A DNA stretch of 64,000 bases from Balanoglossus misakiensis (Eukaryota; Animalia; Hemichordata): the NCBI GenBank assembly GCA_040954595.2, contig JBECUI020000027.1:1-64000 (forward strand), written 5' to 3'. A program made the position numbers and the translations under genes. Of the stretch, positions 30,379 to 41,668 are shown piece after piece. Numbering within the stretch: the stretch's first letter is position 1; every line of letters begins with the position of its first letter. The notes below the pieces were generated by a model, which saw only the letters and a list, made by a program, of their open reading frames with translations, was not told where the DNA came from and searched no databases.

Positions 30379-31195
30379 TTCTTCCCCCAATAGTTTCTGC
30401 ACCTTTATTAATCAGAGTTATCACAACAATAGTTAATACAAATAAGAAAATAGAAATTGATGAAACCAATTCCCATCGACCTAGTGTCGTTCCATATTGC
30501 TGTACTAATGTTGCCAGTACAACTGTTCGTGTACCACCTAAAATATTAGGTGTCGTATAAGCTGTTAATGTTGCAGTAAATACTAAAACAAGACCTACAA
30601 TAATTCCGCTTATTGAGTTTGGAATTATAATTGTAAAAAAGGTTTTAAACCGTGTTGCCCCTAAACTAATTGATGCATCTTCTACCTCTTCTGATATATT
30701 ATCCATAACACCTATCAATGAGATAATCATTAATGGTAGAAATATGTATGTTGAACCGACAATAACAGCAAATTTAGAATACATGAAACTAATCGGTTCT
30801 ATTAAAAAACCTAGATTATTTAACAATCTACTCAATATCCCGTCGTAACCTAAAATAATCATCCATGAAATACTTCGAACGACTGCATTTGTCAAAAGAG
30901 GAAACAAAACTAATAATAAAAAAACATTTTTTAATCTCCCTCGAGTTCTTGAAATAAAGTATGCAGTTGGTAGCCCAATAACTAAAGTAGCTGTTACTAC
31001 ATAAAAAGAGATCGAAAAAGTATTATTTAGAGCTTTTTTAAAGGTTGAATCTCTAAAAAGTTCTAAATAATTGGCAATACCGATTGAATCATCAACAGAT
31101 AATGATTGATAAGTTAACATCATCAATGGTATAAAAACCAATATTGCAATTAGACATAAACTCGGTAAAAATATAATTGCTTTTTCCTTATTCAT
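30365..31195 (-). CDS. PotB-like ABC permease
   Basis: PLLTNAVVRSISW, EDASISLGA, TPNILGG. Confidence 0.88.
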   Translation of the reverse strand: MNKEKAIIFLPSLCLIAILVFIPLMMLTYQSLSVDDSIGIANYLELFRDSTFKKALNNTFSISFYVVTATLVIGLPTAYFISRTRGRLKNVFLLLVLFPLLTNAVVRSISWMIILGYDGILSRLLNNLGFLIEPISFMYSKFAVIVGSTYIFLPLMIISLIGVMDNISEEVEDASISLGATRFKTFFTIIIPNSISGIIVGLVLVFTATLTAYTTPNILGGTRTVVLATLVQQYGTTLGRWELVSSISIFLFVLTIVVITLINKGAETIGGRNEKK

Positions 31196-32513
31196 TCTCT
31201 ACGACTTTCTCCATTAATTCCCGGCTTTTATCTTTGACAATGTCATACAGATCCATAAAATTATTAATTATATATTCTTCTTTAACATTTACTAACTTAG
31301 AATTTTTTACAACTAATTTTCCATTTACAAGTACATGCTCTATGTTATTTGGAAGCATAGAATAGACAATAGCTGCGTAGTAATCATACAGTGGTAACAT
31401 ATTAATTGTATTGGGGTTAATAATTATTAAATCAGCTTTTTTCCCAACTTCAACACTACCAACCAGATGATCAATATTTAAAGCCTTAGCTCCATTTATA
31501 GTTGCCATTTTTACAATATCTTTAGCAGGACATATACTTCTATTCAGATATTTTACTTTTTGCATTTTAGGTGTGCAATTCATAACACTCATCATATCCA
31601 TGTGATTACCGCTCATCGGTCCATCTGTTGCGATGCTTACATTTATGTTATTTTTTATATAATCATAAATGGGTGCTATCTCTCTGCCGCTTTTGCTGTT
31701 CCCTGCAGGACAGTGTGAAATAGATGCATTATGTTTTGCCATGATCTCTAAATCTTCAGTGTCAACCAAGATTCCGTGTGCACCGATAAAACGTTTCCCC
31801 AGAACACCAATGTTTTCCAAATACTTAATTACTGAACCGTGTTTTTTTAAGAAAGGTTCCGCTTCCCAGACTTGTTCTGCTATGTGAATTAAATAAGGAA
31901 CTTCATATTTATCAGATAGTTCTTTACATTTTCTTAAAAGGGGTTCTGAAGTCATGTAGACGGAGTGGGGAGCAAGAGCACCATTTATTAATGGATTTTC
32001 TTTATACTTATCAACAAACTTCTCAAATAACTCAAAGCCATAATCACTATCTAATTGTTCTCCACATTTCTCGTCTGTTATACCTTGGCCAATAAATGAT
32101 CTAATACCTAGTTCAATAGAAGCTTTAGCAGTTGAATTTACAAATGTATACATATCTGCATAACATGTTGTTCCACTTAATAACATTTCTGACAAACTTA
32201 GTAGAGAAGAACCATAAACGATCTCACTATTTAAACAAGAGTTTTCAAGTGGAATTAAAAGCTTGGAAAGACGATCTTTCATATCATCCCCCAGACCTCT
32301 AAAGATTGTCATAGGAACATGAGTATGTGTATTTATAAAACCGGGAAGCAGAAGCTTCCCGGTACCGTCAATTATTGAATCAAATTCTTCTGATATATTA
32401 TCAAAGAAAATGCGAGATATCTCATCATTTTCGATATGGACATTCGCATTCTCTAAGATATCAAGAGTATCACTCATTGTAATAACAGTAATATTCTTGA
32501 TTAAAGTTTTCAT
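31188..32513 (-). CDS. Amidohydrolase, MTA/SAH-deaminase-like
   Basis: PGFINTHTH, APHS, HIAE, HCPAGN, IATDG, GSVEVGKKAD. Confidence 0.88.
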   Translation of the reverse strand: MKTLIKNITVITMSDTLDILENANVHIENDEISRIFFDNISEEFDSIIDGTGKLLLPGFINTHTHVPMTIFRGLGDDMKDRLSKLLIPLENSCLNSEIVYGSSLLSLSEMLLSGTTCYADMYTFVNSTAKASIELGIRSFIGQGITDEKCGEQLDSDYGFELFEKFVDKYKENPLINGALAPHSVYMTSEPLLRKCKELSDKYEVPYLIHIAEQVWEAEPFLKKHGSVIKYLENIGVLGKRFIGAHGILVDTEDLEIMAKHNASISHCPAGNSKSGREIAPIYDYIKNNINVSIATDGPMSGNHMDMMSVMNCTPKMQKVKYLNRSICPAKDIVKMATINGAKALNIDHLVGSVEVGKKADLIIINPNTINMLPLYDYYAAIVYSMLPNNIEHVLVNGKLVVKNSKLVNVKEEYIINNFMDLYDIVKDKSRELMEKVVENE

Positions 32514-33523
32514 TAATCTGTAAATAACTCATTCCACTTGCCAACCCAAGCAGCTCTGTTTTTATTAACTAAATCAATGTCTGTAAGTATGGCAGCAGAA
32601 AATAGAGAAAGGTTTGTCTTTCCATTTTCCTGTCCAGCTTCAAACTCTACATTCATATTTACCGGTGAATCTATTCCACGATCTAAAGACTCGTTCTGAA
32701 TTTCAACAGAAAGTAGGAAATCAATAAACTTCATTGCTAAATCTTTGTTTTTAGAATCTTTAACAATATTTGCAGCATTACCGTTTAATAATACTCTATC
32801 TAAGTCTCCCCATGTTAAATCAGGAGTATATCCAAAATCTGCCAATAAAGCGTAATCGTACTCTCCGTTAATAACAGCTGTTCTTGTGCTGAAAGTACTT
32901 ACATAAGCATCAACATTTCCACTTGCAACCCAGTTTTCAATTGTTGCAATATTTGCTGAAGCATCACCGGAAACATCACCTGCACCATATAAGACCATTG
33001 GCCCAAAAGTAGAAGTCATATGAGGAATTGCTACTTTGCTACTATTATCTGCGAAGATTTCTTCCCAGGTAGTTGGTAAGTTCTCAGAATTACCAGCAAC
33101 TCTTAATCTATTTACTGTATAAAATACTCCATAATCTTTACCATTTGGATTTTTAGCAAGAGCAAACAGACTTTCAAAATTTTCTAATTCTGATTTGTTC
33201 ATCATTTCAAATAGACCATCTTCGATACCTTTTTGAGTAGTAGCTTGAGTCGCAAGAAATACATCAATTTCCGTTATATCAATTTCATTCAATAATTTTG
33301 TATATCTATCTCCATCTCTACCTAAATCCAATTCAATTGTAACATTGTGTTCTTCTTCAAATGGAGTAAATAGAAATTCCTGAAAAGCCTCAATATCGAA
33401 ATCCCATGTAGAAACAACTAAAACTCTAGGTTCATCTGTTTTTTCTGCTTGCTCCATAGATCCAGTGGCATAAACAGGTGAAAACATAACTGCCAATAAT
33501 AGCGTAATAAGAATCTTTTTCAT
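32513..33523 (-). CDS. PotD-like ABC solute-binding protein
   Basis: Signal peptide MKKILITLL, PFEEEHNVTI, LAMKFIDFLLS; first gene of the operon. Confidence 0.85.
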   Translation of the reverse strand: MKKILITLLLAVMFSPVYATGSMEQAEKTDEPRVLVVSTWDFDIEAFQEFLFTPFEEEHNVTIELDLGRDGDRYTKLLNEIDITEIDVFLATQATTQKGIEDGLFEMMNKSELENFESLFALAKNPNGKDYGVFYTVNRLRVAGNSENLPTTWEEIFADNSSKVAIPHMTSTFGPMVLYGAGDVSGDASANIATIENWVASGNVDAYVSTFSTRTAVINGEYDYALLADFGYTPDLTWGDLDRVLLNGNAANIVKDSKNKDLAMKFIDFLLSVEIQNESLDRGIDSPVNMNVEFEAGQENGKTNLSLFSAAILTDIDLVNKNRAAWVGKWNELFTD

Positions 33524-33717
33524 TTTCTCTCCTTTTTCTCCTATATAAGTTAAAACTTGTAACTTAGATAGGAGCATAAGAGATATAGTTCAAAAAGTCA
33601 ATATTTATTCTTAGAGTTCGGAAGTTCCAGTTACTCAGAAAATCCCGATATGCAGATGCAATTGATTATCGAGACTACGAACCTAAAGCAAGAAGCCCAT
33701 TCTGCCCGTATTCGCTG

Positions 33718-33743
33718 CCCAACGTGGGTACCCAACGTGGGTA
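33718..33743 (+). repeat. 13-bp direct repeat CCCAACGTGGGTA x2 (partial third copy at 34027-34035)
   Basis: Read directly from the sequence; copies lie on both sides of the second tRNA-Leu. Confidence 0.7.
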
Positions 33744-33798
33744 TGAGATATTGTATAATAATACATAATCGAGTGCAATCAATAAGTACATAAACTAC

Positions 33799-33880
33799 GC
33801 CCGCGTGGTGAAATTGGTAGACACGCTAGATTCAGGTTCTAGTAAGCGTATGCTCATGGAGGTTCAAGTCCTCTCGGGTA
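33799..33880 (+). tRNA. Second tRNA-Leu(CAG), divergent, with defective 3' acceptor strand
   Basis: GCCCGCG...GGTAGACACG CTAGA-TTCAGGT-TCTAG, variable arm, GGTTCAAGTCC; the 3' strand CGGGTA is 2 nt short of pairing with GCCCGCG. Confidence 0.8.
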
Positions 33881-34192
33881 CTTATCTTTCTTTTTAGAAT
33901 GATATCATCACAGGCACGGTACGTTCCTATCCGTGTTTCTTCTGAAACGATTCTGCTTGTAGCTTATAGGAAAGATAACTATTCGCTTTTTCTAGAAAAT
34001 CTTTTCTAACAATAACAAGCATTACCCCCAACGTGACCTAAGTTCTTTATTTTTTATTTATTTACTTGTTTTTTTGGAAAATTTTTCAAAATATAGCTAT
34101 TTACAGGCAATAGATTGGAAAAAGTAATATTTTTTTGACAAATTGTATATCTGTGTCAAAATCAATTTATATTAATTACAGGTGAGGATATT

Positions 34193-34272
34193 ATGATTAA
34201 TAAAATTTCAGATGAGATAAATAATTTTACTATGGATTTTTTTCATTAGAAGGTAGAGTTGCCCTAGTTACT
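34193..34272 (+). pseudogene. 5' stub of an SDR (KduD/gluconate-5-dehydrogenase-like)
   Basis: RBS GGTGAGG, MINKISDEINNFTMDFF-(1-nt indel)-SLEGRVALVT, then cut by the duplicated TRAP segment; upstream palindrome TTTGACA...TGTCAAA. Confidence 0.55.
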
Positions 34273-35846
34273 TAGAGACTCTTCAATCTGATCAAAACTC
34301 TGGAAGACATAAGGAAGACCAACAACCATGAACTTAAGGGATGAATCCACTTATCGGACCGGTAGACGTCTGACACATATCCACAGTCCCCAGTTTCATA
34401 CCTTCAATGTATTCCCCTTCCCCACCCAGCTGGGCACTATCGAAAACAGTCAGAATCAATCTTCCGGCGGTTTCTTCCTTGACCATTGCCGCCCATTCTC
34501 TCATCACAACATTGTGCAGATGAGAAGGTCCGGAAATGCTGCCAATACTGAGTTCATAAACATCTTTATCGCTGCTTACGTTTCTTCCCTTAGCAAAGGC
34601 AAAGCTCGCAAGTGCAAGAAGCAACAACATAGAGACAAGGAGCATTTTTCCTATTTTCATATAGACACTCCTATTTTTTCCATCTTGCGCAGACAAATAA
34701 TTCTCTAAGACCAATAAGCAGATGTCTGCATCGAGTCCCGACGACAATCAACCATTAAACTTGCTCAAATACCTCCATGGCACCTCCTCCTTATTGAAAT
34801 TATTCTTCTGCACACATGGAAAAACTCACTAAAAAATGTCATCGTAAATAATCTGATTCAATGAACGACAGCCCTTCGCTTCAACCACAACTTCCACTTC
34901 CGATCTCAGTCCTCCAAAGAAGAAACCATGAAGATCAAATTTCACCCCCAAGACCATTCCAGGCTCAAGGAGAAAATTGGAATCTTTGTCGAGATTGGGC
35001 CATTCGACGATGTCTAGACCCACGCCATGTCCAACGGCTCGCAATCCTTGTGCATATTTCATGAACTCCTCGCGATAACCGGCTTTAGTAGATTTTTTAA
35101 GGAAGTAATCGTAAACATGTGAAGCTGGATCACCTGGTTGAATATGTTCAATAACCCCCCGCAATATTTCCAATCCAGTCTTGTAGGGTTTCTCGGCATC
35201 CCGAGGTATTTCTTCACGGAACACTGTCACCGCCGTATCGGCGCCGTAGCAGTTCAGCAATGGATTGACATCGATAAGTACTGGCTCACTAGGCAGAATT
35301 ATTTTGTCCGACGGCCGCCATGTCGGTTTCATGGTGTTGATGCCGGCCGACAAGATTGTGGCGCTTCCAATGACTCCACCAACTTTGCGGATTTCAAATT
35401 CTGCAACAGCAGCCAGCTCTGTCTCCGATATTGGGCCCTGAGACAATCGTTTGATTGCGGCTCTGAGAGAGGTGTCAGCTAGCCTGCCAGCGTTTTCCAT
35501 TAGCTGAATTTCTGCCGGACTTTTAATAACTCTCATAGAATTTACAATCTCATCGGATTGGACAAAGTTGCTGCTATCGACTAAAGGTTCCAGTCGCTTG
35601 CCATACTTCATCGGAAGCAGAGCCTCACCGACGAGACCGGTCTTCAGCCTTCTCCCCAAACTTTTCTTTTTTTCGGCAAAGAAGTCATGTAGGGTTTCAA
35701 TGGACCGGATATCAGAAATCCAAGAGATATCTTCGGCAACTTTGGCGTTTATTTTACCTAGAAAAAGAGTGGCTTCTCCAACCCGAGGAATGAAAACACC
35801 CTGTGGCGATTCTTCAATAACATTGACCGGGAAATAGTCTGAAAAA
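34272..35846 (-). repeat. Near-identical partial copy of 59515-61108 (M24 gene lacking its 5' end; dctP 5' part)
   Basis: Direct sequence match with scattered SNPs and a deletion of about 20 bp between CTATTTTT-like repeats. Confidence 0.95.
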
Positions 35847-35978
35847 GACCTCACGGGAAAGATCGATGAAGGTCTCCTACAGAGCAAGGTAAGCCTAAAA
35901 GGTAAAAGAAACCGTAGAGGAAGCCTTGAATGCCATGCTCAATGCGGAGGCAGATCGTTTACTTCAGGCTGAAAAATG
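35841..35978 (+). mobile_element. IS256 transposase 5' fragment (second copy of about 22286-22418)
   Basis: KIDEGLLQSKVSLK..KETVEEALNAMLNAEADRLLQAEK. Confidence 0.75.
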
Positions 35979-36889
35979 CTACCCGCTTCAATTTCACATG
36001 ACTGGATGACAGTACGATCAGCAGGTGAATCAGGTAGTGTGCAATATTGCGCAAAGAAAATGGAGCAAGGGCCCCGATGCCAATTTATTCGGTCTGGAAC
36101 CGCATTTCGGGTGCTGCACCTCCATAGGCATCAGGGCTGGCCCAAGTTTACAGCCGGAATCATGATGCGCGACAAAGGAAATAATAGCTACGCTTTTGTT
36201 TCCTATGCGCCTTCTGCTATAAGAACACAAACCAGGAACGGAGCTGATCTGTCTGTTGAGATTAGCGGCGATTACCCCTTCAGGGATAAAGTAAATATGA
36301 AGATAGGCATAAGCAGACCGGAAGCATTCAGTCTATCTTTCAGAATTCCCCAGTACTGCGAAGGCGCATCGATCAGTATTAATAATGAAGAAGTGGATTT
36401 CACCGTTTCAGATGGGTTTGCCCTCCTTTACAGAGAATGGCGCGATGGGGACCGGGTTGACCTGGATTGCCCATGACTATAAAAATGACACGAAGGAACA
36501 TGTTTGCCGCAGGCATTGAGCGAGGACCTCTTCAATATGCTTTGCCTATAGAAGAAGATTGGCGCCTCCTGGTCCGGCGTGAAATGTTCAACGATTATGA
36601 AGTATATCCCAATAGTCAATGGCAGTACGGCATCATGAGCGATACGGATATATCGGTAGAATATAACGACATAGCCAAGCAACCTTTCAGCAATCAGTCA
36701 CCCGCACCTGTTCAACTCATAGTAAAAGGGAAATTCATTCCTGAATGGGGAATGGAGAACAACAGCGCTTCCGCTCCCGAGCTGTTTGAAGATGATCCCC
36801 AAAGACCTGTCCAGAAGCTGACTCTGATTCCCTATGGATGTTCCAGATTGAGAATAGGTGAAATTCCGGTTTTGAGAAAACCTACCTGA
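35979..36889 (+). pseudogene. 3' partial copy of the GH127 gene (duplicate of 45854-46771)
   Basis: Near-identical DNA with a few SNPs and indels. Confidence 0.93.
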
Positions 36890-36891
36890 GC

Positions 36892-37740
36892 GTAGGGACA
36901 GGTCGCGACCTGTCCCTACGAAAACAGGAAGGGAAACGATGGTATTAAGGGTTGAATTAACATGACAAGACACCAAAACACATACATGAAATATAAAAAA
37001 TAAAATCGCCTACAGGGATACTGTTGTTCTCAAAATGGACTCACACGATTATAGGGACAGGGCGCGACCTGGCCCTACAAAACAGGTAGGGAAACGGTTG
37101 TATTAAGGGTTGAATTAACATGACAAGACAGCAAAACACATACATGAAATATAAAAAATAAAATCGCCTACAGGGATACTGTTGTTCTCAAAATGGACTC
37201 ACACGATTGTGGGACAGGTTGCGACATGTCCCTACGAAAACAGGAAGGGAAACGATTCTATTAATGGTTGAATTAACATGACAAGACACCAAAACACATA
37301 CATGAAATATAAAAAATAAAATCGCCTACAGGGATACTGTTGTTCTCAAAATGGACTCACACGATTGTAGGGACAGGGCGCGACCTGGCCCTACAAAACA
37401 GGAAGGGAAACGGTTGTATTAAGGGTTAAATTAACATGACAAGACAGCAAAACACTTACATGGAATATAGAAAATAAAATCGCCTACAGGGATACGGGTA
37501 TTCTCAAAATGGACTCACACGATTGTAGGGACAGGGCGCGACCTGGCCCTACAAAACAGGAAGGGAAACGGTTGTATTAAGGGATGAATTAACATGACAA
37601 GACAGCAAAACACTTACATGGAATATAGAAAATAAAATTGCCTACAGGGACACGGGTATTCTCAAAATGGACTCACACGATTGTAGGGACAGGGCGCGAC
37701 CTGGCCCTACAAAACAGGAAGGGAAACGGTTGTATTCATG
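36892..37740 (+). repeat. Tandem array of about 158-bp units, each with a GTAG-REP-like hairpin (6 hairpins)
   Basis: GTAGGGACAGG(T/G)CGCGACCTG(T/G)CCCTAC or close variants at 36892, 37051, 37209, 37367, 37525, 37683, with near-identical linkers. Confidence 0.93.
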
Positions 37741-38007
37741 AAAGAAATCAAACGCAGAACCCTGGTTTGCAGAACCAAACTGTTGGATATTTCCCCGATG
37801 GGAATTCGGCCTCATCTGGCAAAGTAAGTCCCTGATCTACGGGACTTATGGGAGAAGTAAGAGTTGTCATGCTGATTCCTCTTAACTTTCATTTGTGAGA
37901 ATAATTTATCGTATTAAATGTAAACCGTTACAGATTTTACAGCCAGTGTGAAATAGTTAAGAAGATTCAACGAATTTTTTGCATACAAAAAGGAATGAAA
38001 TCTAAAA

Positions 38008-38018
38008 ATAGTCCACCT
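38008..38018 (+). promoter_or_regulatory. Candidate response-regulator box ATAGTCCACCT (also at 41570-41580)
   Basis: Identical 11-mer about 90-100 bp upstream of both the response-regulator and the SBP start codons. Confidence 0.5.
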
Positions 38019-38115
38019 CGTTTCAATAATAGAGAAGACTTCTTAAATTACATATTGTATGCTTATGCTGTAGTAAGGGATGCAATTACCGAGGCATCCC
38101 CCCAGGAGGAATTCT

Positions 38116-39744
38116 ATGATTCAAATATTGATAGTGGATGATAAACAGATTCACAGAACCGGATTGGAACGCCTTATATTGAAGCTATTTCCTGAACTGA
38201 TAGTGTTTAAAGCAAAAAATGGCAAGGAGGCATTGACGCTATTATCGACAGAAAAAATCGATGTCCTTATCACGGATATAATAATGCCCGTATTGGATGG
38301 AATCGCCTTACTTAAAAATATTAATGAGACTCATATAAAAATAAAGATCATCATCCTGAGTGCCTTTGGTGAATTTGAATATGCGAAACAGGCTATGAAA
38401 TTTGGTTCATCGGAATATCTTCTGAAACCGGTAGATTCTCAGCAATTATATGATCTCATGTCAAAGATTATAATGGAGATTGAGTATGATAGAAAACGCG
38501 ACGAAGCTTCCATGCTGACCAATGATTTTTTGGAACACTCTTTACCGCTGTATATAGATAATATTTTCTCAAAGTATATAAGGGGGAAAAATGATAGTGA
38601 TGAATTGAACCACATTCAGGAAATGACAAAAGAGAATCGATGGTGCACAGTAGTTCTGATAAAAATTAATCAATTAGAAAATCAGTGTTATAGACTAAGG
38701 AAAGTTGGTACAGATCTTCGATATGAGATAAAAAATCTTCTTACAGATACATTCAAGGTCATGGGACATGGCATCTCATTTTTTGATCAATTTCAGGAAG
38801 GTCATATTTATCATTTAATTTTTAGTGATGATTTCACAAAACGCGATTTGAAAAAAATCAATGAACAGATTCGGCATGTTCAAAGGAAATTGGAAATCTT
38901 GTGTGAAGTATCGTGCTTCTGTGCATTTTCTGAGGAGAGCATAGATTTCCAGGCTTACAACCCTGATTTGACCGATTTGTTAGAAAAAACCATGATGATG
39001 AATTACTATTTGGATGATAAGGTTTTCAGTTCCAGAATCGGTATGGAAATTACCAACAGCCATATCATAGTGCAGGAAGCAATTAAAGATAAGTTGAAGC
39101 AGGCAATAATGTCCATGGACAAGCAGGATATTATTAAGACATCCGGGCTTATGATAGAAAATCTCCTGTCAAAGGAATTGATTGAACCCGCTTTACTAAA
39201 AGAGATCGTGTTCGAGCTTGTAAAGGATATAATTCATGACCTTAGTTTGACAATGAATCAGGAGGAGGCAAGAAACCACATTGCTGCCCTGAAAGAGTCG
39301 ATTAAAACTAGCGTGAATCTGACAGCGTTGAAAGGTAGGGTCAGCAATTCCCTGCTGGATTTCTCATCAAACAGGTATAAGATGCTTCATAATGCAGATA
39401 AACTTATGATTGAAGAGATGCTCGACTTCATAAAAGGACATTATTCCGAAGATTTATCACTTCAGCTCATGGCGGATATGATCCCCTTCAGCTTACCATA
39501 TTTCTCTACCCTTTTCAAATGTAAAACCGGTGTGAATTTCAGTAAATACTTATTGGCCGTTCGTATGGAGGAAGCAAAAAAATTACTTTCGGCAAGTAAT
39601 GAAAAGATATTTGCCATAGCGAATCGAGTAGGATATAACGACCCTAAGTATTTTGACCGGGTTTTCAAGAAAGAATCAGGCATGACGCCTAAGGAATATA
39701 GAAAACTAACAGCGCAACTAGCCATTAAAGATAGAAACCTATGA
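38116..39744 (+). CDS. YesN-like response regulator (receiver + AraC HTH)
   Basis: RBS AGGAGG; ILIVDD, ITDIIMPVLDG, YLLKP; C-terminal VGYNDPKYFDRVFKK. Confidence 0.92.
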   Translation: MIQILIVDDKQIHRTGLERLILKLFPELIVFKAKNGKEALTLLSTEKIDVLITDIIMPVLDGIALLKNINETHIKIKIIILSAFGEFEYAKQAMKFGSSEYLLKPVDSQQLYDLMSKIIMEIEYDRKRDEASMLTNDFLEHSLPLYIDNIFSKYIRGKNDSDELNHIQEMTKENRWCTVVLIKINQLENQCYRLRKVGTDLRYEIKNLLTDTFKVMGHGISFFDQFQEGHIYHLIFSDDFTKRDLKKINEQIRHVQRKLEILCEVSCFCAFSEESIDFQAYNPDLTDLLEKTMMMNYYLDDKVFSSRIGMEITNSHIIVQEAIKDKLKQAIMSMDKQDIIKTSGLMIENLLSKELIEPALLKEIVFELVKDIIHDLSLTMNQEEARNHIAALKESIKTSVNLTALKGRVSNSLLDFSSNRYKMLHNADKLMIEEMLDFIKGHYSEDLSLQLMADMIPFSLPYFSTLFKCKTGVNFSKYLLAVRMEEAKKLLSASNEKIFAIANRVGYNDPKYFDRVFKKESGMTPKEYRKLTAQLAIKDRNL

Positions 39745-41558
39745 AGACACTGAGAAAACACTGGATAATGATGAGATTCAGAACAAAGGCCTTGTTGCTG
39801 TTGGTTTTGGTCGGCGTTGCTCCCCTTTTGATTTTCGGGTATATGATATATGGGCGAATGACCAAAGTGCTTTCCGATGAAGTTGAAAAAACAACATTCA
39901 TCAATCTCCAAAAAAATATTGAGATAATGGACAAACGGCTTCAGGAAATTGAGGAGGAATCGGAATCGCTGATAGCAGATCCGGATCTGTACATTCTCTT
40001 GAAGCGAGGCTTACCGGAAAATGATTTTGCCTTGCTTCAGCTCTACAAGCAGGGCAGAAAAGTATTGAAAAGGCATTTCGACAGATACGCTGATGTATAC
40101 AATGCATTTCTGATGACAACCGTAATCCCATTCAGTTCAAAGAATAATATGCATGTTCCGGTAAAATCTTTCTATACGTCGAGTATGGCGGCCGGAGCAA
40201 TAGAAGCCGATGGTGGTCTCCGATGGGTTCCGACCTACGATTTTGCAGATATGTACGGATTGGAGAAATATCGGCATATACAATTTTCCTATAAAAAGAT
40301 GTTTACGGCATCACGGCTGATCAAACCGGTGTATAACGATACGAGCAGATTAAGCACTGAAGGTTACATAAGTATTAAGCACCTGGATGGGGATATAGAA
40401 AGACCCATTTTACTTCTGCAGTTTAAAGATAACATATTTAATGAAGCATTTGAGAATCTTCATACCTATCAGGGGTCGGTTCACTATGTAATAGACGCAG
40501 TCGGACAGGTCATCTCAAGCAGTAATGGGACTATTGTCTCGAAACAGCTGAATCTGGACTGGCTTGATAAGATTACAGCCGAGCGGAATGGTTCATTCTA
40601 CATCAACAATAAAAAAGACAGGCAGCTGCTGTCTTTCAGTGAGATTGAAACAACAGGCTGGATAGCGATAATAGCGATACCTTATGAGTCTATGGTTGCT
40701 TCAATTCCCGATTTTAGCTCAATGGTTTATCTGTTAATGTTGCTGATTGTCCTTTTATCCATTTTGGCATCTGTTTTTGCATCCAATATTATCACCAAAC
40801 CTATAAAAAAAATCCTGATCGTTCTGGACAGAATGAGTCAGGGCAAATTTCATAGTAGAATAAATGATTATGCAGACGATGAGATAGGTGCCCTTTATGC
40901 CCACTTCAACCATTTGAGTGGCCGGATGGAGCATTTGATTCAGTCAAATTATCTTGCTAAAATCAATGAGAAGGAAGCTATAATAAATGCACTGACGTCT
41001 CAGATAAATCCTCATTTCATTACGAATACCTTGAGTACAATTAACTGGATGGCACTTAATATAAATGCCTGGACAATCAGTAAAACAACCATAAGCCTAT
41101 CAAAAATTCTGGACTATACGATCCGCAACACAGAGGACCTGGTCACACTGGAAAAAGAAGTTGAATGTCTGAAACACTACATATTCATCATGTCTCAACG
41201 GTTTGAAGGGGTTTTTCAGGTATCGTTCAATATTGATCATGAGCTGATGGGGGGATATGTTCCAAAGCTTTTTCTTCAGCCACTGGTTGAAAATGCAATA
41301 AATCATGGCTTTGCAGAAATGACCGAGGGAGGCATGATTATTATTGAGGGAAAACAAACTCCAGATAACAGGTATTTCAGCGTACAGGACAATGGTATGG
41401 GCATGGAAAATATTCAGAGAACCAAAGAAGACAGTGCATCCATAGGTCTGGTCAATGTTCAAAAGAGAATTGAACTTCTTTACGGTGAAGAATCCTGCTT
41501 CACCATCGATTCGAAAGTTGGAAGCTATACAAAAGTTTCCCTTAAGCTACCCAGATAA
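39741..41558 (+). CDS. YesM-like sensor histidine kinase
   Basis: Two TMs, HAMP, LTSQINPHFITNTL, LQPLVENAINHG, DNGMG, IGLVNV. Confidence 0.92.
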   Translation: MKTLRKHWIMMRFRTKALLLLVLVGVAPLLIFGYMIYGRMTKVLSDEVEKTTFINLQKNIEIMDKRLQEIEEESESLIADPDLYILLKRGLPENDFALLQLYKQGRKVLKRHFDRYADVYNAFLMTTVIPFSSKNNMHVPVKSFYTSSMAAGAIEADGGLRWVPTYDFADMYGLEKYRHIQFSYKKMFTASRLIKPVYNDTSRLSTEGYISIKHLDGDIERPILLLQFKDNIFNEAFENLHTYQGSVHYVIDAVGQVISSSNGTIVSKQLNLDWLDKITAERNGSFYINNKKDRQLLSFSEIETTGWIAIIAIPYESMVASIPDFSSMVYLLMLLIVLLSILASVFASNIITKPIKKILIVLDRMSQGKFHSRINDYADDEIGALYAHFNHLSGRMEHLIQSNYLAKINEKEAIINALTSQINPHFITNTLSTINWMALNINAWTISKTTISLSKILDYTIRNTEDLVTLEKEVECLKHYIFIMSQRFEGVFQVSFNIDHELMGGYVPKLFLQPLVENAINHGFAEMTEGGMIIIEGKQTPDNRYFSVQDNGMGMENIQRTKEDSASIGLVNVQKRIELLYGEESCFTIDSKVGSYTKVSLKLPR

Positions 41559-41668
41559 AGAATATTAATATAGTCCACCTTTCAAAAAAATATCAAATAT
41601 ACTGTTTGGATAAGAATCTCTAAACTAAATTCAGAGTTGAAAAAATATAGTTTAAAGGAGATTTCTAA

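Noticed and set aside
34272-36889. Diversity-generating retroelement template/variable repeat pairs
   Set aside because: No reverse transcriptase is present, the differences are sparse and not adenine-specific, and the copies are kb-scale
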